A stretch of DNA of 64,000 nucleotides from Octopus sinensis (Eukaryota): contig NC_043007.1 in the NCBI RefSeq assembly GCF_006345805.1, forward strand, positions 45,136,001 through 45,200,000, read 5' to 3'. The notes beneath the pieces are model-generated. The model was not told the DNA's origin. It made no database searches and saw only the letters and a list, made by a program, of their open reading frames with translations. The first letter of the stretch is position 1. Each line of letters starts with the position of its first letter. Shown here piece by piece: positions 53,843 through 64,000 of the stretch. Made by a program: the position numbers and the translations under genes.

Positions 53843-54480
53843 ATGACAGCAATACTGATGTTGATGGATATAATAATGATGATGATCATGACGATGTCGA
53901 CGACGACGACAACGACGATGATGAGGAAGACGATGCTGTTATTGCTCCTGATAATGACGATTAGTATGCTGATGATGATGACGATGCTGATAACGACGAT
54001 GGTGATGCTGATGTTAATTATGATGATGATATTGGGGATGACGATGGTAATGATGATACCGATAGTGATGATAATGATGATGATGATGATGATGATGGAT
54101 GATGATGATGATGATGATGACTATGCTGCAGCGGTTGCTGATATAGACCCAATGTGGAAATATCGAAAATAACTATATTTCGTGTTTGGCAGTTATTCTT
54201 ATTTTTATTGCTGTTTTTCGTCGCCTTAATCCGTTAAAATGATTATATAAGGTGGCCGTAATGTATTTTTGTTCCACCAGATTATAGCAACGAATAACAT
54301 AAAAATGCCGTCGTCGTCGTCGTCGTCGTCGTCATCATCATCATCCCTATGGATATCTCACTCTTTATCTTCAATATCATTATCATCACAGTCACCATTA
54401 TCTAGCCACCTCGACGCTTTACTTATTGTTTTCATTACCCTCATCATCATCATCATCATCATCATCACCATCATCATCAT
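53843..54480. repeat. Decayed (GAT)n tract followed by a complementary (CAT)n tract
   Basis: GAT/GAC-rich 53843-54120 and CAT/CGT-rich 54305-54480; these explain the low-complexity ORFs there. Confidence 0.85.
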
Positions 54481-54699
54481 ACAAAACCATCTTCCCTTTA
54501 TTCCTCCTTCTCATTATAATTCTCCCCAACACCATCCACCATACTCCGTTTTCTTCCTCTCATCCTCTTCCTACTCCGCCTCCTCTTCTTCATTTTTGTC
54601 CTCATCCTCAGTTTGAACAACATAGGTATGATCATAGGTCATTAGCAAGAGTGTCTTGAGAATTTGTGTCACACACGCTTTTGTTACTGTTAATATTAG

Positions 54700-55690
54700 C
54701 TTAATTGGAACCATGTGCAGTTTGAAACTATCTAAAACAGATCTCCACCAGCTTCTACGCTTTATGCTTAACAACAATAGTTCCTTATCGTAAAAGAGGC
54801 TCGTTGCAGTTACCACTGGCGTCAATAGTCGAAATACATAAACTGGGAAGGTACGAACGGTGATAATGCTGAGAGAGTCGAAGGACATGGAAACCAGGCG
54901 TAATCCACCAGAGGTAAAAACAGCCAGGAAGTGGAAAACAGAAGCAGAGACTGATGACAAGCATACATGGAGACACAAGGTGGTCCTTAAGGTTATCTTC
55001 AATGCAATAAAGAACCAAATTGATCTCAACAGCAGTGAAAAAAACGTTGAAAGCACCAACTAGAGATTTCATTACCCTCATGCACTCAGGACAGCGGATC
55101 CGTTTCAAGAACAACAAATTTCTTGTGAGCGATGAAAAGCGGAACGGCTATTGGGAGGTGAATGCAGTTTTACCAGGGTGCCAAGGACTCTTTTCCACCC
55201 AAGTTACGAAAACACCTGATAGTTTAATGTGGTGTGAAGGAAAGAAAATTTTGAATATAGTCGAGTTAACGGTTCCTCATGATGATAACACGGACGCCGC
55301 TCGGACTTGAAAGATTGACCGTTATGTAAACCTTCTCGAGGAATGTGAAGACGCAGGCTTGAAAGCGGAGCATTTTCCAATCGAAGTCGGATGTAGATCG
55401 TTTGTTGGACATTGTGAGACGAATGATGGTATCATTAAGCCTAACTCACCGTTAAAGTAAATACCAGCATGACCGACGGCTCACTGGATTTGTTTAAAAA
55501 GAGACAATGAGCGATGGCTAGAAAAATATTGAGCTTTGTTTAATAACCAATCGATCTAGCAAGCGGGGCCTCATATCAGTGAAGGGCGCCGGCGCTCATT
55601 GATGCCGCAGAGAGGTAGGCACCGAAACGGCGCGCAGTCTCTTCTGATGATCTCATACACTTACTGGCTTTCGGTACGCGGAGTTCTCGA
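54700..55690 (+). mobile_element. HERO-like restriction-endonuclease non-LTR retrotransposon 3' part, internally deleted pseudogene
   Basis: LQLPLASIVEIHKLG / VRTVIMLRESKD...PEVKTARKWKTEAE...TWRHKVVL...TPDSLMWCEGKKILNIVELTVPHDDN...LLEECEDAGLKAEHFPIEVGCRSFVG. Confidence 0.8.
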
Positions 55691-56202
55691 CAGGTAGCAC
55701 TTTTACATTTTTGCGATTCTCTGCTTAGTCAATTGTATAACTTATGTGCATAAAAAATAATAAAAATGTTGTGACTCATTAATTTTGAATTATCATAAAT
55801 CATAAATACATACACACACACACGATGTGTGTGACTCTGGATATCTGAAGAAAAAGGTTTACAGAAATGTACATCTACAAAACCTTGAGCTATGCAGATA
55901 GGGATCTAAGTGAACCTATTAATAAACACATTTGACTTCTATATGTGCTGAGTTCTGGCTTGTTTCGTTTCTACTCTCATACCCACACAACACACATATA
56001 CACAACATACACACACAATACACTCACAACGGACATATTCTTTCTCTCAAAGATGCACATACGCACATCTGTGGGTACGTGTGAATTTATGAATACGATA
56101 ATTTAAACTTCATGTCTTCACTGAGAAAAAAAAAGTACTACTGTGGTGGACCGACATCTTATCCAAGGAAGGAATATATACGCCACGGAATCCGGGGAAC
56201 AG

Positions 56203-56286
56203 GCTCAGCTTCAATTCTCTCTCAGGCAATACATTAATTCACTCGAACCATATACATGCATACATACATACATACATATACATATG

Positions 56287-56362
<76 letters not shown>

Positions 56363-56392
56363 CATACATACATACATATATACATACATAGA

Positions 56393-56424
<32 letters not shown>

Positions 56425-56977
56425 CATATGTATATATATGCATGTATAGATATATACACATAAATACGTATCTATCTATCTATCTATATATCTGAGTGTG
56501 TATGTGTGATTGTGTGTTTGCGTGTTTGTTTCTGTGTGTGTATGTTTGTTTAGGGCAGATGGAAATATCACTAAATACATGTAGAATACAATTATATAAT
56601 ACAGTAATTGTCTGTAATTAGTTTTAGGCCGATTAAGTCTATCATTGATACGTTGATACACCTCTCTAATGAATAGTTGACAACAAAATCACGAAACGAT
56701 CAAATAGTCACATCTCTTTCAAGTAATTGTATTTGAATATTGAACAAACTCTTAGCAGTTAGTATAATGGTCTAATGGCAAATGTGTCACAAGTTCGCAT
56801 ATTGTGGAGATGCTACTTTATATTCCTGGCTATCATATATCAATACCACACTCTATTCAAACAATGACAGACCAGTTGGATGTTAGAGGGAGGCTGTGTA
56901 ACTGAAGTAGGTTTCCTTAATTGTCAATGCTCAGCTTCAATTCTCTCCCAGGCAATACATTAATTCACTCGAACCAT
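56203..56977. repeat. 49-bp direct repeats (56203-56251 and 56929-56977, 1 mismatch) flanking a 677-bp segment
   Basis: gctcagcttcaattctctc[t/c]caggcaatacattaattcactcgaaccat occurs twice. Confidence 0.9.
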
Positions 56978-57099
56978 TTACATTGAAACGCTGGAGAAAT
57001 TCGAAAGTGCTCCAAGCTCTAGCACACTGCAAGAAATTTCTCGAACGTCACCAGTTAAAAATAAATAAAAGTTTGCAAATGCTTAGAATATTAAAATAA
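56952..57099 (+). CDS. Candidate coding segment or terminal exon, unknown gene
   Basis: Acceptor ttcaattctctcccAG, then open frame [48 protein letters not shown]. Confidence 0.2.
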
Positions 57100-57917
57100 G
57101 TGACCTAGGAATATTTCTGTATAGAAAACTTGCGAGTGAATTATACAGATTTTCAAAAGCTGCTGAATATAATGTGTAGATTTAAAAGTACTTGACAGTT
57201 AGGAAATGTATGGTACGGCAGAAAAATGTCCCACATTTTACCCGGCCATACCTATAGCACTAATGAAGTTAAGCAGGTGGTAATGGTATCTTCCTGTAAT
57301 TAATGTCCTATCATTTTGTTTTGGTTACCATCAAGATGCACACTGTGCGTTTGCTGTTGGTAAATCTGGAGTGTTTTGCCGCCCCCAGATATCGAAGTGA
57401 AATAGCTGAGGCAGCGTCTACGTCCGTCTGTTTGTGAAAATCTTTCATAGACTGTCTTCTCTTAACATTTTCTCTTACTTGCCCTTGTTGATAAACATAG
57501 AGCCATGTATGTTCAAGGCTTTGTATATGATACTTAGGAGATTTTGATAATTACATCGGATAACATCACTTTTACTTTTAATCTGGAACTGTTTTCACAT
57601 AATAATTTTGATTATTTACTTGTTTATACAAACATTAGTTTGATGAAAATTGTGACTTACGTATCAATGCCATTTTTATAAACACAAGCACTCATATAAA
57701 AAGACAGACAGACACACACACACACACATGCATTTAGTGTAACAATCTGAAGAAGATAAACTAAATTGAAAATTCGAAATCCCAATGAAGTTATTCCTTG
57801 TAAAAATTAAATTTGAATCACTACTCAAAAGAGTGACCTTTCAATTAGTTTTGATGATAATACATAAAAGTTTACGTCAATATTTGCTTGTAAAGCTACC
57901 TACATTATATATTTGCA

Positions 57918-58002
<85 letters not shown>

Positions 58003-58155
58003 GTCTGTCTGTTTGTCTATCACAATTATCTCCATAAAAGTATTTATGCGCATATATGTATACAGACATACGCACATACGCAAAAATCACACATGCATAT
58101 AAATAGATACATACTTACATACATACACCTACATTCATACATACATACGTACATA

Positions 58156-58550
58156 GGCAGATATGTCCGTGTGGTTAAGAAACTTCGTTTACAGCCACAT
58201 GATCTCGGCTTGTGTTACACCGAGGTACTTCGGGGATTTGTCATCTATGATAACTTCGGGCCGACCAATGCCTTGCGAGTGAATTTGGTGAAGGGAAACT
58301 GTGTGTTTGTGAGTATGTATTCATGTTTTTGCGTTTCTGTTTGTCCCCACCACCTACACCACAAGGTAACAATTAACAACCAGTGTTAATTTGTTTACCT
58401 TTCTCCTAACACAACATTTCAGCAAAAGGTGTGTGACAGAGTAAGTACTATGTTTTAAAAACATCTGCTGGGGTCGATTTGTTCGCCAAAATCCTTCAGG
58501 GAGGTGCTCCAGTATGGCTGAAGTCCGATGACTGAAACAAACATAAGAAG
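58156..58550 (+). mobile_element. SINE family A, old
   Basis: gtgtggttaagaa...gggccgaccaatgccttgcgagtg...ggggtcgatttg...gtgctccagtatggc. Confidence 0.75.
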
Positions 58551-58563
58551 ATAGACTATACAC

Positions 58564-58608
<45 letters not shown>

Positions 58609-58669
58609 GCACATTTATTATTTACATTAATACATGATTAAACGCCACGCATCCATTCCCAAGTATGTT

Positions 58670-58733
<64 letters not shown>

Positions 58734-58786
58734 ATCTATCTATCTATCTATCTACCTACCTATCTATCTAGCTAGCTAGCTATCTC

Positions 58787-59160
58787 GTGTGGTAAGTAGC
58801 TTGCTTACGAACCACATGGTTCCGGCTTCAATCCCACTGCATGGCACCTTGGGCAAGTCTTCTACTATAGCCTCGGGCCGACCAAAGCCTTGTGAGTGTA
58901 TTTGGTACTGAAAGAAGCCCGCCGTATATATATATATATATGTATGTGTGTGTATGTTTGCGTGTCTGTGTTTGTCCCCCCACCATCGCTTGCCAACCGA
59001 TGCTGGTGCGTTTACGTCCCTGTAACCTAGCGGTTCGGCAAAAGAGACCAATATAATAAGTACTAGGCTTACAAAGAATAAGTTCTGGGGTCGATTTGCT
59101 CGACTAAAGGCGATGCTCCAGCATGGCTACAGTCAATTGACTGAAACAAGTAAAAGAGTA
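58787..59160 (+). mobile_element. SINE family A, young
   Basis: Close match to 899-1307. Confidence 0.9.
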
Positions 59161-60123
59161 AGTGAGTATATATAGATATGTGTGTGTGTGTGTGTATTAT
59201 ATTATACATCTATAATAATAAATGCCAAAACGAATTCCTGTGAGTCTGTGTGTCACACTTTGACCCCTTCTCTCAATATTCCTCCTGCTGGCATGAGAGT
59301 AATAGTAGGCATTGGGACGGTGAGGGTGGCAGTAGGTTGACGGTTGTGATGGTAATGGAGTGATAGTAATACTATGAGCTGTAGTTGTGACAGAGCGGAG
59401 GCGACAATGATGATGGTGGTTGTGGTGGTGGTAGCCGAGTCAGTCAGGGATGAAGGTGATAGTAAGCGATGTGAAAGACAGTGGTGATGGTAGTGGAGCA
59501 GAGGGCCGCGAAGTCAAAGGTATTGATGGAGGTGGCGTCAGACGTCTGAATGGTGTGTGTATGGCGGTTGTGGTGGCAATAGTAGTGGTACTGGTGATGG
59601 TAATGGTTGAAAACAATCAACAGAAGAGAGATAGAGAGATAGATAGATCGAGAGAGAGAGAGAGAGAGAGAGAGAAATAGAGAAAGAAGGAGTTTAAACA
59701 GAAAATATAAATTGTAATGACTTCAGAATGGGAAAATAAAAAATGCTGTTTATCATGCAGCTTTGCAATAAGTTCCGAGTCGACAAATCATATTCACTTG
59801 ATGAAAATTGCTCATTCCTTTAAAAATATTGGTCAAGTTTAATAAAATTTAATATGTACTCAATGTATGAAGAGTCATTGTTGGGCCCAAGGCCCAATGA
59901 AGAGCCCTCCACAGGAGCTAGCTTAAAAGTCGCCCGATGAGGGCAGCAGCATCAAACTCCCTCATTCATCAAATGCCTCACATCAGAAGAGGTTTCAAAT
60001 AATGAAAGCGTAGCACAGTCAACTGTGGTGCCCGAGCATGGCCGTAGATTTAAGGCTGAAACAGGTTACAAGTTATGCATCCATCCATCCATCCATCCAT
60101 CCATCGATACATACATACATACA

Positions 60124-60159
<36 letters not shown>

Positions 60160-60840
60160 TATATTCATATATATATATATTTATACATATATATGTGTGT
60201 ACAGATACATATATATTCCTTTATTCTTTTATGTTTCAGCCCAAATGCTGTGGCCATACTGGAGCAGCGCCAGTGTAATTAAATTTTCAGTGGCCATTCT
60301 TATGCGATTGACCTTTGATGAAGGTGGTTGTTCGACGCTACTGCCGCCTTTTGAATTACTTGCCATATGAACATATCAATTGAATGTGTGTGTATACACA
60401 CACACATACACAAACACACATATGTATGTATGGATGGATGGATAATAGATATAGAGGATTGGCTGAAAAATAGGTTAAGTATTTTCAAGGCAACTACGGA
60501 AGACCAAGGTTTGAAAATGACAAGAGTAATAATGACTTATACCATAAAGCCAAGATTCATTTCTTCCACTATAACTAGTTTCCAAAGGAAATAATAGCTT
60601 TAGTGTATAACGTGTAGTCTTGTTTTCGGTGTTAGAAGGACGGATATTTTAAAGTTATCCTGAGAAAAGGTTGAATATAGAAAGTCAAAGGAAGGATATA
60701 ATTATTGTAATGCATTCATGTCGATATTCTACTCAGTACATCTCTATACCCACCCATTCACTAATATATTTTCAGTGGAAGGAATATGGATATGTATTTG
60801 AAAAGTTTCTTTCATAAATGAAGGACAATAACAGGCATCT

Positions 60841-60871
<31 letters not shown>

Positions 60872-61276
60872 ATAATGTATGTATGTATGTATGTATGTAT
60901 GTATGTATGTATGTATATTTCTTATTTCTTTATTTATGCATGTACAAACGTATTTATATATAAATGCATGTGTGTGTGTGTGTGTAAATATATACGTAAT
61001 GTTATTAATGCAGTGCCATTTGCCCGTTCCGATTATGTGACATTGAAGACAACGTTTGGAAGGGCATAAATAGAGATAATTGATACCTATGCTTTTCTGT
61101 TGGATTAGTGACGATACATAATTGCATATGAAGCATTAGTTTCTATTAGAATACTGGTCTAATCAAGTGATCTCGGCATCTAGTTTGCCCAGTGCACAAA
61201 CACACCACACATATACGGACATTCATAGATTATATATATGTTTGCATATGTACGTACGTACATATATATATATATA

Positions 61277-61374
<98 letters not shown>

Positions 61375-62416
61375 ATATACAGATATGCGGTCATTCTATA
61401 ATATATAGGTCTTGAAAAACTACACGGTTAAGGACTATCAAATTATTTGATGTAGTATTACATAGCAAACTTTATAAGCAGAGTAACGACAATTGTATAC
61501 TAAGCCTGGAAGACAGAATGATTACAGTTATTATAATTGACTCCATGTATATAGTATACACAAATATTATTATACTCATAACTCACATTCACATTTATAC
61601 TGGTAGGTAAACAAAGGAAAAATAGTGTAACTCAATACATTTAATTTCAATTTATTAATATTTAATAACAGGTTAATTCAGTTCCATATAGCTTAATTAT
61701 TCGTGTGTACATCTCTCTTCATCCTCAGATAAAGAGAAGTAATAAATCAATATAGAAAAGAAAATTTTTATACATTTCTCCAAGCAGGCGTAATCGAGAA
61801 GAAGCCTGTTGGCTTCAAGTCATCGGATTGTGGTTCGTAGAGTGAGAATCAAGAGACGTCCGACACATATTTCGTGACCAGAAAACTGTTCTGATAATGT
61901 TGGGTTACACGTATAAGTTTATGAAGTACAGCCGTATGTTGCAATTTAACTCTTTACACTTGGGTAAATGATACTAGTTTACATAAGGAATATATATATG
62001 TGGCGCGAGTGCGATGATTTGAAAATTTTCGGTCAGATATTGCCGAGACAGTGATAGAAGTGCCTCGTGTAAATATCTGCTCTGATCTGGCTGTTCTTAC
62101 TGACGAATCTATCGGCCTATGGAGACTAGCTTGATTTAATTTAATCAGGTTAGTTTACCATTAAACAATAGATGAAACGGTGCATCGTATAAGGAACTAC
62201 AGGGTAAATGTTTTTTTAATTTTCTCCTGGTTTGCGGAATTGATGTTGTTTTGCGGTTGAAGCTTTGGCTGTTATTTCTAGTGGGTGAATGGCCTATTAT
62301 GGCCGTTCCTTGATTTTGATGTTGAATTTATAAATGGTCTATGACTATTTAATTTTTTCCCACTAGGCCGCTGGTGGCAAAAAAATTCTACGAAATTTTT
62401 TGCCACCCTATATTGA

Positions 62417-62454
<38 letters not shown>

Positions 62455-62856
62455 TATATATAATATATATATATATTATATATATATATATTATATATAT
62501 ATATAGGTATATATATATATATATGTATGTATACACAATATATATGTATGCATGTATACATGCCCCCATATACCTTATGTTGGATGCGTATATTTGGAAA
62601 CTATGAATGATAGAGTATTGTCACCAGCAGAAGTATCATGAGAATTTATTGCAATATATTACTAGATGATACGTAACTGCTATCTGTTATAGTTGCTAAA
62701 CAAACTGAAATGTAAACATGGAACAAGGTGCAATGAATATATCCCTTGTCATTTTATTAGCTCTTCAGTCAACATAATATATATTGTACCTGCAATATAA
62801 CTCATTGTTTAATACAATATACAATACTATCATACACACCTACATACATACACATA

Positions 62857-62896
<40 letters not shown>

Positions 62897-63631
62897 ATAT
62901 CAGCGCGTGTTGTATGTTGTTGTGGATTCAATATATAATATGATATAATATAATAGAGACAATGAGGAAATTATCCGTTGTACTTGTTTGTTGTACATAT
63001 TTCATTTGTTTATCAATCACTATATCGAACAGTTATATATGATCTACTAATAAAATGTTCTAGCTTTAAAGTTGCTTTTCATATGAATATTATTGATGTT
63101 TATTTGCTATTGTTTACCTCAAGTAATATATACCGCCGAAATATGCGATGAAATTTATTGTGCATGAAATTTTGTTTAAATACGCATTATATTAACTGAA
63201 TATATTACATTTTTAGCGATTCATTGTCGGTAAGTAATCTCCGATAGGCTTAAATTATGACCAGGCCACTTCATCGCGTAAGATATACACTAAACATTAA
63301 ATGTTTGTGATTCGTGTGCTGTATTTTAAAACACCCTTTCGCCATTTATAGTTTGCAGTCTATTCTCCCCGTTTCTTCGACAGTTTAAGATAGTTTTCTG
63401 TTGTTGTTGGTCGTGTCAGTCCCCAGGTCAGCTCAGCTAGGGAGTGTAAGTTCAGATTGCCCTTGACTCAAATACTTGCTGCTTCAATTATATGATTATT
63501 CCTCTAATGTCTGGGTCATATTACAAATGCCGATATGCAGCAATAAATTATATTTTCATTCCAAATATATTTCTCGAATGGGAAACGCTATGTTTTCTTA
63601 AAAAATCAATATTAGTTTTCTACAACATAAC

Positions 63632-63663
<32 letters not shown>

Positions 63664-64000
63664 TAACTATCTATCTTGAAAATTCAAGGGCACATATCTT
63701 CTATGTAAGGCCTCTAAATGATCCAAAAATTGTTTACATAAGGCAAAGAAAATCCACTAAACTTTTAGCCTAAGATAAAGTCAATTAGATTATATAAATT
63801 GATTAGAAGCATACAAACATTCATTCTACATTAATGCAATGCTTGATTAAGTCTTAATCAAAATATGTATATCCTACTGCGATGTAATTTTTCAATGAAA
63901 GTTTATTTTTGATATTTCATGTAGTTTTCCATGTGAAGCTTGTAAACCACTTTTCTGCAAATGATTGCAGATCACTGGTCGAAATTTGAATAGTTTTGCA

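Noticed and set aside
62041-62135. Plus-strand candidate last exon DIAETVIEVPRVNICSDLAVLTDESIGLWRLA*
   Set aside because: Only a moderate acceptor supports it, and no linked upstream exon was found.

Overview
Gene-poor, AT-rich eukaryotic DNA packed with repeats. The very dense (TA)n/(CA)n/(TATC)n/(TACA)n/(TAA)n microsatellites and two abundant tRNA-headed SINE families resemble cephalopod, probably Octopus, genomic DNA; this is inferred from pattern recognition, not a database search. I could not confidently identify any intact host protein-coding gene. Almost every entry in the ORF track is a translated microsatellite or SINE. Recognisable coding remnants are all transposable elements: two Penelope-like (PLE) GIY-YIG fragments, three mariner transposase fragments, an R4/Dong-like LINE 3' end sitting in a TAA microsatellite, and a HERO-like restriction-endonuclease LINE 3' end. 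There are also non-autonomous Helitron/Helentron-like and MITE-like elements. The most interesting signals are RNA-level. Several short PLE-type elements carry type I hammerhead ribozyme motifs: one looks intact (18476-18512, minus strand), and another sits in a 269-bp near-perfect palindrome whose loop is exactly the CUGAAGA core (51158-51426). Other notable structures are a TAA tract that has collected three insertions, a fold-back cluster of an uncharacterised repeat, a 49-bp direct repeat flanking a probable insertion, and a few weak candidate exons.
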